Shown here piece after piece: positions 41,540 to 55,654 of a DNA stretch of 64,000 bases (the stretch's first letter is position 1; every line of letters starts with the position of its first letter). A program made the position numbers and the translations under genes. Below the pieces are notes generated by a model that was given only the letters and a program-made list of their open reading frames with translations, made no database searches and had not been told where the DNA came from. This DNA is from Psilocybe cubensis (lineage: Eukaryota). The stretch spans positions 744,001-808,000 of the forward strand of contig CM038998.1 of the NCBI GenBank assembly GCA_017499595.2, written 5' to 3'.

Positions 41540-42535
41540 TGCAACCCACCAGCCAACGACGGCTCGACTTCACTGTAACGTATCCATGACGGAGACTTGA
41601 TACCCATATATGCCCAAACATTTACCCGAATCCAAGGCTATGAACAATGTAACCAAATACGAATGGACCCACAATACTTTTCTCCTTTGGATCAACCAAT
41701 AGAAATCAACCGTCTGACCTCCGAGGTCGGCGTCAATGTAAGGCTATCAAGCACGCTCAACATATGTTGTTATCCACGAACTATAGGGTACTAATGTCGC
41801 ATAAAGCTCGGTAGTTCCCACCTAAGAGTTGCACATGTGTGCGATTTTCAACTGTATGTGTTCTACACCCCCATCGCCCATGTGATGATGGAGCAGTGTT
41901 CTGCCACCTCGTCTATGACCGCAGTATCCCTGAACTATTTTTAGATCAGCGGTGATATTTTTAGAATGACTTCAGTGCTTTCATTGGGCTCATCACATGG
42001 CGCACATTCGACTAATAAAATGTTGCTAAAGCTATTAAAACGGGAGGGCGCTGAGATTTTTTCAGTTACACTATGAATGTACCTTCTTTCATCTTTCAAT
42101 CCTTTGATTATCAGTCTTAGAGTGATCGGAGTATCAACCTTTTTGCTGTCTTGCCGCCCCGCTGCAAAAATATCGTTGGTTCAAAAACAAAGATAAAGCT
42201 CACGTACGCCCATCCGATTATAATTGAATTCTCAGACAATCGCCACACTGTATTCATCGGACCATAGTAGATTCGCATGGTATATGATGCTCGCATTCCT
42301 AATTTTGGAAAAATTCTCTAGTCATTTGCTTCTGAGGCTTCAAGCTGCTGATATTTTGTTGCCAGCTGTAGGGAACGTTTGACAATTGTTGTTATCATTA
42401 CAATACTAGCCGATATCCAGCGCGACATGAGTACCTATAAAGTTGGGGAATAATTGACAGGATGTTATTCCAGAGGGAATTTTTACGCCCATCAACTCTT
42501 TCCTCGGGATAGCACGTATACATAAGGTACCCAGG

Positions 42536-44156
42536 ATGCTGACTGCACACTTCGTTACCTCTGCGCTTCTTGGATCCTTGGCATATGTCGCGGCAGCGCC
42601 GGCCCTGGTCGAGCTATCTGCACGACAGAGTATCACTGCTCTCACGACTGCCCAAATAACCGCGTTCAGGCCCTTTACCCACTTTGCGAGCACGGCATAC
42701 TGCAACCCAAGCACGACAATTAACTGGTCCTGCGGAGGTGTGTTTATCTCTTCCAAGGAAAGCGATCCCAAGTTTCTAAATTGGGATTATCATTATTCCA
42801 GCAAACTGTGCTGCAAATCCCGATTTCATACCTACCGCATCCGGAGGCGACGGGTCATCAGTTCAGTTCTGTACGTAGATTGAATTAGTCTTCGATGAAA
42901 ACGAAGTTGAAGGGATATACAGGGTATGTTGGATTCTCCCCATCACAGGCTTCTGTGATAGTTGGACACCAAGGGACAGACACATCCAGCATGTGAGTCA
43001 GCACAACAGGGTCCTCGACTGCGTTTGAAGCACTCATCTCTTGCTAATTTATCTTTCGCTGCCTTCTTCATACAGTACCGCCGATGCTACAGACGCTAAT
43101 GCATTTTTGGAGTCGCTTGACTCTACTCTGTTCCCAGGAATCAGTTCGTCTATCGAGGCTCATAGCGGGTTTGCAAACGAGCAAGCAAAGTTCGTTTGAC
43201 ATTTCTTGAGTTAAACCACCATGTTCCTTATCTCGTCATTTCCAGGACTGCGAACACGATTTTGGCAGCCGTTAAGTCAACTATCTCCGCTCACAAAGCG
43301 ACCAAAGTTACAATTGTTGGGCATTCACTTGGTTAGCATAATATCTACTTCTTCAAAACTAATTGGACTTACAACAGGTGCTCCTTGATTTGCTACTATA
43401 GGCGCAGCCATCGCACTTTTGGACGGTGTTTTCCTGCCTTTGCACATCAGCGGCGTGTCATTCCAAATGATTGGATACGGTATGCCTCGAGTGCGTAGAT
43501 CTTCGCGCATCTTTCTCTACCTTGAGCATTTTCTTATGAACCGTTTCCTGTAACTTCTTCCTAACTGACCCGGATTTTCCCTGTTCGTGTTAGGTCGGAA
43601 ACCAAGCCTTTGCGGACTACGTCGACGCCCACCTTGCGGTAACTCACATCAACAACAAGTAAGTGACATGCGCTATTTCATCACGTCTGGAAATGGAACG
43701 GACACTCACGGATAATTCACATTATCGTGGTTAGAGAGGACATCGTGCCCATCGTACCAGGTATAGCCTATTTCTAGACATCCCCAATGATTGACTATTC
43801 ATAGACTGGACTAATTTTGTTCTTGATAGGGCGATTTTTGGGCTACCACCACCCATCTGGTGAAGTTCATATTATGGATAACAATCAATGGGTAAACTGT
43901 CCTGGTACGTCGAGCGTTCACTTCTTCTGATTCGAAGGAAGACCCTTGGCAATGGGAAACCTTCTTCCGAGTCCGAGGAGGCGCGGTTTTCATGAAAGTG
44001 TCTTCCACTTCTTAATCTGACGCCGTATGTTTGATTGTAATTATAGGTCAAGACAACACAAGCGACGAGTGCAGCACTGGTGATGTCCCAAACATCTTTG
44101 ACGGGGACACCAGCGATCACGATGGTCCATACGACACAGTCACGATGGGATGCTGA
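42536..44156 (+). CDS. Secreted class 3 lipase (alpha/beta hydrolase), many introns
   Basis: Signal peptide, FASTAYC, WSCG|ANC, VIVGHQGT, EAHSGF, nucleophile elbow VGHSL|GAAIALL, YGMPR|VGNQAFA, HINNK|EDIVPIVP|GRFLGYHHPSGEVHI, CPG|QDN, DHDGPYDTVTMGC*. Confidence 0.95.
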
Positions 44157-44990
44157 GCCATTTCATGTCGCACCTCCAAGAGAGGAAGCCAAGATCGATA
44201 TATAGGGTGCCATCGTATCCCGTACAGCGGTACGGATCGTGGTGAGGACGTCTGGAATAAAAGAAGAAGAATTCGTGTCATGCTATAGCCCAAGTTGTAA
44301 CAGAATTAAAAATGAAAAAACAAGCAATTACCATCTTGTCGGAAACGCGTCATCTGCTTCAGGCGTCAAAGTAACGGAGGGCCAAGGTTTGAATGAGGGA
44401 ATCAACCATATGCGTGTGTGAACAGAGAAGATACGATGTGGGACCCGGCGGATCGTTTGCAAGAAACAGGCCCGTGATCATTTCATGATGAGGTCAAATA
44501 GCAATTCGTCACTATAATTCGTAAGTTAGAATATACTTTGGCTGCATCCTAGCCAGGTGATACATATATTACCTGATGTGTAATTCGAACAGGATAAGCT
44601 GGCCTAGACTGTGCGACAATCCAGAGGAATCAGAGAAGCTTTCGGGGTGTGAATTTCTGTCTGGGGATGTGGGGTGCATCATGTACATGAATCGATGGAT
44701 TGGCAGGCCTGAGATAGGGTACAATCTATAGATGGATGAGAGGAATATGGTGCATGAGCTTGTTTGAAGTGAGGACCTAAGGTTGTAAGACATTCAGCGC
44801 TATTCACGTTCAACGATGTAGTGGAATAAATAGAGCTTTTTCCCTAGCGCTGGCAAAACATTAAACCCATTAAAGCATTACAAATATGCCAATGGGTTAA
44901 CTGGGTTTGTGTGATTTGGGAATTGGATACGAAGAAACCATGACAAGTATGAATTTCAGGGCTGAGGGGCGTAAAAAATAACATGATGTG

Positions 44991-46289
44991 CTATACCCAA
45001 CCTATCTTGAACAATTTGTAAGCACCCTCATCGGCCCTGCCGATACCGCCCTGTCTACCTACCACCTCTCGATGATAAATAGCCAAGCTTAAGCCTTCCG
45101 AGTCCCTCAGTTCTTGCGTGGCATCGGGATAGAGGCGCTCGACAGTCGCATCCATGCCTTCATGTCTTCCTGTTGTACGGACAGGAATGATAAGCCAAAA
45201 GATACCACCAGTGCACTCTCCAGATGGATCAGGGCGCATAAGGAGCTGTTCAACGCATTTTTTGATCCACAAGGCATGACACGGATGATATATGACATCC
45301 GCAGCCAAGATAATATCGAAAGCTTTGTCGAAGGGCGCTTCATAGTTCGGCTTTTCCCAATCTAGAGCTTCAACAATGATAGGGGATGGCGAAGATGACG
45401 AGACCGGGAAATTGGTGTCGATATTCTTGGATAAGTTCTGCAGGACGTCTGGATGGTAATCAGTTGCGATGATATCGACAGCTGGAGAAGGTCCAAGAAT
45501 TTTAGAAGCAACGATACTGAGCATGCCTGTTCCTGCCCCTAGTTCGAGGATACGAAGTGACTCGTCGCCTGTTGGAGGTACTATTGAAAAGAGTGCCGGT
45601 TCTAAGCAGATTCGGTCCGCTAAAATGATCGAACTACCCCAACTTTGTAACCCCACGGAAGTATGATCCTCTTTAGATAACGGGGCGTCGTTCAACTCCA
45701 CCTGTACTTGTTTCGATATCGGTCGTGTCCCGGTAATATCATTAGATGCCACCGAAAATGTGAACACGCGCGTCAGCGCGACATTATCGTCATCTTCGCA
45801 CCCAATAAACGAGGATAGAATGGCAGTCGCATCGTTTAGTACCACAGTTCTTTCCTCAGTCTCCAAATCAGACGCAGAAGCAGATATCCAGCTATCTGAG
45901 CGCGTAACAAATCCTGTCACCCATTTAATGGCGTACGCACGTTCAATTGGATCAGCGCGCAGGATGTCAAGCTCGTCATTGTCGGTGTCGGTGTCTTCGT
46001 CAGTGTTGAAATTTTCTGCGGTACTTTCATCAAGGATCTCGTCATCCTCCTCCTCAGCGGATGCATAACCGGAATCAGGAACAGAGGTGTCGTGAATCGA
46101 GTGTTCGATTTTTCGTCGTGGAATAGGCAATTCCGAACTCGAAATTCCGGTTTCTGACATAACGTTTGGAAAGTACAGTAAGCGCAGGTTTTGTAAGGCC
46201 GAAGAAACCCGCTCCGTTGAGTGCGCGTCTAGTCGTCCAAGAGGAGGCAGCGATAGTGACGGTGCTGCGGGGGCAATTGTTGGGTGCAT
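44991..46289 (-). CDS. Seven-beta-strand lysine methyltransferase, family 16 (Efm2/METTL21-like), intronless
   Basis: 432-aa ORF with VGLQSWGSSIILA, motif I ILELGAGTG, post-I IATDYHPDVLQNL..N, LDW, and FDIILAADVIY. Confidence 0.9.
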   Translation of the reverse strand: MHPTIAPAAPSLSLPPLGRLDAHSTERVSSALQNLRLLYFPNVMSETGISSSELPIPRRKIEHSIHDTSVPDSGYASAEEEDDEILDESTAENFNTDEDTDTDNDELDILRADPIERAYAIKWVTGFVTRSDSWISASASDLETEERTVVLNDATAILSSFIGCEDDDNVALTRVFTFSVASNDITGTRPISKQVQVELNDAPLSKEDHTSVGLQSWGSSIILADRICLEPALFSIVPPTGDESLRILELGAGTGMLSIVASKILGPSPAVDIIATDYHPDVLQNLSKNIDTNFPVSSSSPSPIIVEALDWEKPNYEAPFDKAFDIILAADVIYHPCHALWIKKCVEQLLMRPDPSGECTGGIFWLIIPVRTTGRHEGMDATVERLYPDATQELRDSEGLSLAIYHREVVGRQGGIGRADEGAYKLFKIGWV

Positions 46290-46967
46290 TTTTGGCAGTC
46301 GGCGGTTCGTTAAAAATAATTATTCCAGAAGATGGTGTAAGATATGTTTGAGTTCCTGTTATACGTTCTATGAATTGGACCTTTACGCAGGTTATGGCCG
46401 TGAGTTTCGAGAAATGGGTATGTTCTATCAGATGTATCGCGGGAGGCCAGAAATCCTTCTATGTTTCTAGTTGTCTATGGGCGGAAGATATGGCAAGGGT
46501 CTTTCGGTACCCAAGCCTTAATACACAAGAACAGGCATCGTGAAAGTAGTGGACAAGGAGAGATATCTGAGAGATAAAAGGAACAGTAACAGCAGCGCAG
46601 ATAAGCAAAAAAAAAAATCAAGGGACACACGTGCATCACATCCTCTCCCCGCGTCCGACGATAGGCGGAAGGGATTAGTAAATATGTCTAAATATTCCGG
46701 ACATGTCAACTTGGCATCCGATGGCTTTGCGGTAACATCGCGCAAAGAGCTCATGAAAGTTTCGAAAAAGTCGTAAAATTCAAGCGTAAATTTGAAGCAT
46801 TGTGATAGTTCGGGACAAGGATGGCTAGATTATGACTCTGGGAAACTATTGGACTAGTCAGCTTAATGACGTTGGTCAACAATTGTCAATACGGTGCCGT
46901 AAGGCCAATGCCCTTGAAGGCTTGAAGCACAACCACGACCTTTCTAACAGTGTAACATTGAAAAGCT

Positions 46968-48256
46968 ATGCCCTCTCGTCGTTCACGTTCGCGCTCACGC
47001 TCCAGGAACCGCTCAGAGTCTCCGGAGAGAAGAGTAGAACTACCAAATGGCGCCTCTCCGATCAGCGAGTCAGACTACTTCCAAAAGAACGACGAATTCA
47101 GGCTTTGGCTGAAAGAGGAGAAGGACAAGGTAAGACACATGATTGAGCATTCCCTCTACAGCACATATTCTAACTCATTCTGTAAAGTATTTCGATGGTT
47201 TGTCCGGTGAAAGGGCCAGGAGGTGGGCAATCCATACGCCTTAAACGTTTGAATCTAATTGTAAAACAGTTATTTTCGTAAATTCGTCAAGGTACAGCAT
47301 TGAGCTACATATGACGCAAATTCTATAAAGCTTATCGTTCGCCCCACACATAATTTAGGCTTGGAACAGAGGGAAACTACACCGTAATTACATTCAATGG
47401 ATGACAACAGATCCACAGTTATTGACGTCTTGTGCAGGTTCCTACTACGATGGAATAGCCCCAGGATCCATCCCAGCGACGTCCAATACGTCATACAAAT
47501 GGTCCTTTGCGTCGAAAAGCCGGGCAGATGATGAAGCTCTTCGTGCAGCGCGTGCTGAAGTGGGAGCGGCGACGTACGGGAGGGAATCAAGCTCAAAGTA
47601 TGACGGAGCCGGTGCAGACAGAGGGAATGGTAGCGGCCTTGGCTCACGTCCGAGTGGCTCTGGTTCAAGCCGAGTTCTAGGACCAGCAATGCCGTCAGCC
47701 TCAGATCTCACGCTCGCAGAAGAATTAACAAAGGAGCAGCGCGATGAAGAAAGGGCTTATAAACGCAAGCGAGAGAAACTTGAGGCTAAAGAGAGGATGG
47801 AAGAAATGGTCGGTCCGAAGCCTGTTGGTAGGGAAGGAATGCTGGAAAAAAAGAAAATGCGACGTGAAGGGGACCGCGCTTTCCGGGAGAGAGGGGATGA
47901 AGGGCTTGAACTGGATGAATCTACCTTGATGGGAGGCGGAGACAGTTTCAGGGAACAGTGAGTCCATGTGCCTTTTGCATGCATTTGCAATATTGCGATT
48001 TTCCTACTGTTCCTTGTTATCTGACATACCTTGTTCTAGACTCGCAAGAAGAGATATGGCCAAGAAACGCTACGAAAAGAAAAATGAGGAGAAAATCAAC
48101 ACAATGCGTGAGAAGTCAGCAGCCTTTAAGGAAAAAGAAAAGGTGGGCCTTGATCTCCAAAATTCCGATCCTCTCGTCAATTCCTAATGCTACATTTTGT
48201 TCGCACAGGCGACAATGGACATGTTCCAACAACTAGCGAAACAAAGATTCGGGTGA
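46968..48256 (+). CDS. Conserved RS-rich nuclear protein of the 'style cell-cycle inhibitor 1' (SCI1)-like family
   Basis: MPSRRSRSRSRSR...ISESDYFQKNDEFRLWLKEEKDK|YFDGLSGERAR|SYFRKFVK|AWNRGKL..., EEMVGPKPVGREGMLEKK, LMGGGDSF, KEK|ATMDMFQQLAKQRFG*. Confidence 0.8.
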
Positions 48257-48846
48257 CCCACTACCAAGGCACTGATTTTGACTCTTTAACAAATCCAGTA
48301 TTCTGTATTTACGGCCAACGGGCACCCACTCTTTCGGGCACCCGATCATTCATGCGCTTAGGGCTTAAACGTTGGAATCGGCCACGGTTGTTACATAAAT
48401 TTGGAATTTGACCGTTCTATTATCGCCTTGATTATAGAGGGTGTTTACGCTATGGTACAATAAATAGTACAACGTCCATGCATGCATTTCGAAAAGGGAA
48501 AAATACATAATGCCGCACAGAGAAGATGGAAGGCCGATTACAGTGGAATTGGAAGGTGAGAAGTAAAAGGGGAAGGTGAAAGCCATGAAAAAAACGGACG
48601 TTTGAACGACAGCGCGGACATTATGGGTTTTGCTCGTTTTACGAATCCAGTGCAAGGGGCTCCAAGAAATTAATAGTTTGACGTGGGGGTAATAGGCTCC
48701 AAAGGCACAAATTTAACTGGTCGTGCCTATGTGTCGGAAAACATAGCAGATAGTGGTCAGGATCCAATGTGATGGGCAGATTATTGACATTGAGATGATC
48801 ACCTTTCAAGCGCTGTACATAAATCCGCGGCTGCCAATAAGGCACC

Positions 48847-49412
48847 TCAAGATCTGGACGAGCTCTTGCGCGAGAACCTGGGCATAGACCACTTGAAGTT
48901 GGTCTGCGGGGGTGGTCCCCATGCTCGGTCTTCTGGGTCGAGCATATCATCCTAGAATCCAATTCAATCAGCACCGCAGCACCGAGTGTATTTCCACCCA
49001 TCCATCCCAGTGCCCGTAGACCCAGAATGGTAGGTGGAGTCCAGGATGAGATGCTTACCTCAGTCACTGGCCCAATTTTAGATGAGGCGATTTTCGTGGG
49101 GTATGATGGGATGCCGACATTTAGCTATCATGGCAAAGTGAACGAGCGTCAGTTGTTGCTCAGCGGCCGCCAGCCCCACACTTCAAAGAGCAAGGGGACA
49201 TGACATCGTTAAAAAGAGCAACGTACCAATGTGCTGGAGTCGGAGCTGAAGCTCATTCTGCCATCGTATATTGATGAAGTGTGTTTCGCGGAACGCGACT
49301 GGGAATTCAAAAGGAAAATCAAAATCGCGTGAGATTGATATATCGTATACGGAGAAATAGAACACCGGCGTACAGAAGGGTGGAGAGCTTTGACTTTGGT
49401 TGACGAGAACAT
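48847..49412 (-). CDS. Small orphan protein (93 aa), 4 coding exons plus a 5'-UTR intron
   Basis: Exons 49412-49374, 49298-49227, 49124-49059 and 48951-48847. Donors GTACGC/GTACGT/GTAAGC, acceptors CAG/TAG/TAG, all phase 0. Product: MFSSTKVKALHPSSRSAKHTSSIYDGRMSFSSDSSTLLNVGIPSYPTKIASSKIGPVTEDDMLDPEDRAWGPPPQTNFKWSMPRFSRKSSSRS*. Confidence 0.7.
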
Positions 49413-49535
49413 CTAAGTGGATAGTCAGCGAATATTTGGGTGGGCCATGTAGAGCACACTCACTGTGTTGGGTGTTGTGCGAGGGGGGAGTGGGTTGTGT
49501 TGAGTTGGATTGCTTGGCTGTTGCGGAGTGTGGAG

Positions 49536-49542
49536 TTTTATA
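49536..49542 (-). promoter_or_regulatory. TATA box of the 93-aa orphan gene
   Basis: TATAAAA followed by a C/A-rich leader and a GTGAGT...CTGAC...TTAG intron (49463-49413) ending directly at the ATG. Confidence 0.65.
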
Positions 49543-50733
49543 CAAGAGACTTGCTATGTCGTAACAGTAGGGACGATGTTTTCTTCACAGACGCGCAGCT
49601 CCGGGTATATATACGAAAAAGCCGCCCCATTCCTGACCTGACAATACTCTCTCCAATTACGATGGCAAGAATAAGAAAAAGCGCGTGCCAAGCGGACCGG
49701 ATGTGAATGCTGCCAGCAAGGTCCATTTCGGAAAGGATCTAAAAGTGAATTGTAATGCCGAATGGATTTGAGCGACAGTAGCAATCAAGGACGGAATTAG
49801 CGGTTCGGGCAAGGACTATTATGCACCATTTACCGTAAGATCCAGGTAAGCCAGGGCAAGAGCATATCTATCTCGAATCACCTGAAAGATCTGTAACGAA
49901 GTTATGTCTTCCTCATCCCATGTGGCTAGCAAGGGTCAGCGGTTTCCTAGAGTTCCTGAAGCCATCCTACCTCCGTGGGCTTAGGTTGCTTCCTGCTTTC
50001 CTTGACAGTGAGACCGCAAAATCAGTGCCAGAAATAAAACTCAACTCTGCACTGCACCTTTGAAGAACCCGCCACCACCACCCACGATTGATGAGTGCCC
50101 AAGTAAGAACAGTCGGCATCCCCATCCCGCACTTCGCGGGAACATTGTCGGAACTACCTAGTTCCAGATAAATGAAGAACATGACGACAGGTATTCTCGA
50201 ACAGGGAAATTGACGTATCACTCACGCCGTATGGGGCGCCGTAGAGCAATGATTAGTGAACAAGCACCTGATCACCTAAGAATTTCTACTTCCAAGAGAA
50301 AATGAGTGTCGACGATAGGGTATTTTGAGAGCTTGGCCATTTCAGTACTCACGGCGCGTGCTTGGTATTCGGCGCTGCCTAAAAATGGGAACAAAGTGGC
50401 TATATTTAGGATCGCATCAATGCAACACATGAAAAAAGCGAGAAAGATGCTTCAGTCAAGTAACAGCCTTGACCCGCGATTCAACCGTAATTCTTGCATG
50501 TCCCCGAGACGCACACGTTACAAACTCTCGATGGACGACTGGAAGATTGGAAGGGTAAACTCAAATGTTCAGATCGGAGAAGCTATCGAAATACAAGGAC
50601 ATCTACACGGTTATGTGTCAGCTTCGAGAAGAATACACACGGAAGCGAAAGAAACAGAGTATGAAATTACATACCTATGGAAAAACGACAAGGAGGGAAA
50701 ACAAGCATGACCAACACAAAGTATGTGGCGCTA

Positions 50734-52563
<1,830 letters not shown>

Positions 52564-52699
52564 GATTGGTGGTTAGGTTCAAGAATGTGAGTCGCGTCCA
52601 ATGACGAGTTTGGTTCAAACCCCGGTGCCAAACAAAAAAGTGCCATCTCACAGTGAAGCAATTCCTTTTTCGGCAATTCTCAAATTCTCTCCAGAATCC
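52564..52699. promoter_or_regulatory. Very short bidirectional promoter between RVB2 and mitochondrial uL2m
   Basis: 136 bp between the divergent ATGs (52563 and 52700). Confidence 0.6.
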
Positions 52700-53980
52700 A
52701 TGCTGTCCTCGGTGCGAGGCAGCTCCTCCGCGCTGCTTCGGGCGGCACCCAGGTGTATCAGAGCGTCGCGCTCGACACCGACGGTCGTCACTCAGAACCA
52801 GGTCTATACCCACAATCGTAGCTATGTGACGGAAATCTGGAAAAACAAAACTTCGGACATTGGAACCGCTTTGGCGCGCTCAAAAGACCTGTTCAAGACG
52901 TACAAACCCGTGTCGCCAGGTATTCGTCACTTAAAGCGCCCATTAAACCCCCATCTTTACGAGGGACGACCGCTGCGCTCCTTGACCGTTGCTAAACGCA
53001 AGAACGGTGGGAGGAACGGCCATGGGCACATCACTGTGCGGCACCGTGGTGGAGGGCACAGGCAGCGCATACGAATCATCGACTACAAGCGCGAGGCACC
53101 TGGAGTTCACGACGTAGTTCGCATAGAGTACGACCCCAACAGGTCGGCACATATTGCTTTGCTCTATAATCGCGACCCCAAAGCCATCGGCGACAAGAAA
53201 TGGAGTTATATCATCGCTACTGAAGGTATGCGCGCCGGAGACGAAGTCCGCAGCTTCAGACAGGGAATTCCTTCCAATTTCTTAGCTTCGCATGGAGTTT
53301 CATCTCTCACTAAGACTGAGAAGAAAGCCCCGACTCAAAACAAAACTTCAGAAGAAGCAGCAGCCGAAGCGTTGGACCAAGCATCCGACCATTCTCTGGC
53401 GCTCGGTCTCCTTCGCTCCTTGATTCTGAAGCCAGGATACGTTCTTCCTTTGCACCTTATTCCTCCCGGAACTGTCATCAACTCCATTACTCTATCTCCC
53501 ACTGGACCGGCGCGTCTCGTACGCTCTGCGGGATCTTTCGGGCAGGTCGTCGCCTACGAAGAAGGGGCAAAATATGTCCAAGTACGCCTTCAGAGTGGAG
53601 AAGTGCGCAAGATTTTGCGTGACTGCTGCGCGACTATTGGAAAAGTCAGCAATCCTCTGTGGAAAAATCGCAACCTGGGCAAAGCCGGTCGTTCTCGCTG
53701 GTTGGGTATTAGGCCTGCAGTCCGTGGTGTTGCCATGAACGCGTATGTATTTCCTAATATGTTTCGTATGCCAAACGCTAATTTATTTTAATTCAGCAAT
53801 GACCATCCTCACGGAGGAGGACGTGGAAAGTCGAAATCAAACAAACATCCCGTTTCTATTTGGGGTTGGGGCACTAAGGGTACAAGGACGAGAAAGCCTG
53901 GCCCCAAGGGACCGAAGAATAGTAACAAGATGGTCATTCGTGAGCGTCCTAGAGGAGTAGAAAAGCGCGGTACATCCTAA
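52700..53980 (+). CDS. RML2: Mitochondrial ribosomal protein uL2m (Rml2/MRPL2), one intron near the 3' end
   Basis: Presequence MLSSVRGSS..., [98 protein letters not shown]...RGTS*. Confidence 0.96.
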
Positions 53981-54166
53981 TACTGGACTAACTGTGCTCT
54001 CGGTAATCTTGCCTATATAATTGAACACACTTTTAATCATCTGGCCGGACCCTTCAGATCCGTTAATAACGAATCTGTCAATTTCGTTTGCATTAACCTA
54101 CCTCGTCCCTTGCCTGCCGTTCTGTGCACAAGTGATATCTCTGCTGGTGACCAAGCCAGAGTGGAA

Positions 54167-54460
54167 TCATGCCTCTTCTTCCTCCTCTTCCTCGTCCTCT
54201 TCACTGACCACTTTTTTAGGCTCTTTGTTCAGCTCAGCCTTTCCAATAACATCTCTCCAAGCAGTAACCTCTTCGCCGACTTGAATCCTTGCCTTGTCCA
54301 ACGAAGCTCTTAAAGCTGTATAAAACGCGGTATTGTTTGCATCGCCTCCAGACGACGCGTCGATGGGGAATTCCTGAGATTTTTGCGTAGGTTTATCGCC
54401 ATAGTCGACACCGGCGGGTGGTTTCAAGTCATAAGTGATTTTTATCGCAGCAGGAGCCAT
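54167..54460 (-). CDS. Small acidic-tailed protein, probably Gon7-like (EKC/KEOPS subunit)
   Basis: 97-aa intronless ORF with ITY..., a helix FYTALRASLDKARIQVGEEVTAWRD and an acidic C-tail. Resembles fungal Gon7 architecture (YLxxLRxxxxxLQxxINxxLT + acidic tail); family assignment is inference. Confidence 0.6.
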   Translation of the reverse strand: MAPAAIKITYDLKPPAGVDYGDKPTQKSQEFPIDASSGGDANNTAFYTALRASLDKARIQVGEEVTAWRDVIGKAELNKEPKKVVSEEDEEEEEEEA

Positions 54461-54797
54461 AACCGATACTGTCGTTAAATCCTGCGTGAACGTCGAATCT
54501 GGAAGTGGAATCGCTGTGGAATGTTTTCAGAATCCATGATCAGAGCCTCGTTTAAAGCTACAGCACAACAGGAACAAACAAAAACGATAAGATTTTCCTC
54601 ATCTGCCGTGATCTCATTCGACTACAATCACCTGCGAATACAAAAGTTTTCGTCCTCTCAACCTCCTCCTCCTCGGATATCCACATCTCCTTACCACACT
54701 TTACCTCGCTGCCGATAAATCTCGCGGCCCCGAACACTTCAACCTCTTTCCTTTTCTCAAGGACACGGATTTAAAAAAGAGTTGACAATATTACGAC

Positions 54798-55654
54798 ATG
54801 GCCGCCGATTTTGATCTTGAATCACTTGTGCACATAGAACAAACGTCAGCAGTCATTCATCTAACGCATTCTTTAATTTACTGACATATGTGTACATTTT
54901 CTTCTCATCCAACCTCACCATCGCACCACGCGCCTTGAACTCATGTTCATGTTTTGATATCAAGCTTTTATGAGACGGGATACGAAGATGGTTTCGCTCA
55001 CGGTCGTATCCATGGATTGATTGAAGGAAGAGCTTTAGGCCGCCAACATGGATTTGAGATGTGGGAAGAGCTTGGATTTTATGAAGGATTTGCTCTGACA
55101 TGGCGCGCGATCCTTGTCAAGCAGTCAAAGGAAGAGGAGTAAGTCACTTTTCGTTTAATAACAACAACGTAGCAAAGACAGGCGATTGAATTCAAACTCA
55201 CCTCGCCAATGATAACCTCTGCGTGGACCTTTGAACCGTTTGATTGATTCTAAACGCTTTGTTTCCTTCCAGTCGCGCATTTCAACATATCAAACATCTC
55301 CTTGAATCCATCTCACACTTTCCACGCGTCAATCCCTCAGCGATAGACGCATCATCCGAGCTCGACGTAACCAAGTTGCTCCGCCAAATTCGCTCGCGCT
55401 ACAAGATGCTCTGCACCTCTCTCGGCGTACGCCCGAGATTACGCTCATCCACCGACCTAGCAGCCAACGACGACAAAAATAACATAGAGGACGCGGGCAT
55501 GTCAGACGACGATGCCTCAAGGGATGTACGCACCCCAGAGCGTCCTGGATCTACCTTGCCCCAACGCGTAGCCCCAGGCTCTGCTATCCCAGTCTGGAAA
55601 ATAGACAACGCGGGTGTCAAAAAGCCAGTGACGAATCAAGATCTCGATTTTTGA
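54798..55654 (+). CDS. LTO1: Lto1/ORAOV1 (Yae1_N deca-GX3 domain) adaptor for Fe-S insertion into Rli1/ABCE1
   Basis: MAADFDLESLVHIEQT|FYETGYEDGFAHGRIHGLIEGRALGRQHGFEMWEELGFYEG (GX3 repeats), IRSRYKMLCTSLGV, C-terminal aromatic tail ..DLDF*. Two introns. Confidence 0.85.

Noticed and set aside
44485-44576. Box C (ATGATGA) / box D (CTGA) pair, possible C/D snoRNA; similar pair at 41882-41933
   Set aside because: No convincing terminal stem or rRNA-complementary guide that I can verify. These motifs are common by chance.
48639-49870. ATG10-like fragments (TPVFYFSVYD, HGDHP) on the minus strand
   Set aside because: The fragments are in unrelated frames, there is no HPC catalytic motif, and a clean alternative 4-exon model with strong splice signals explains the locus.
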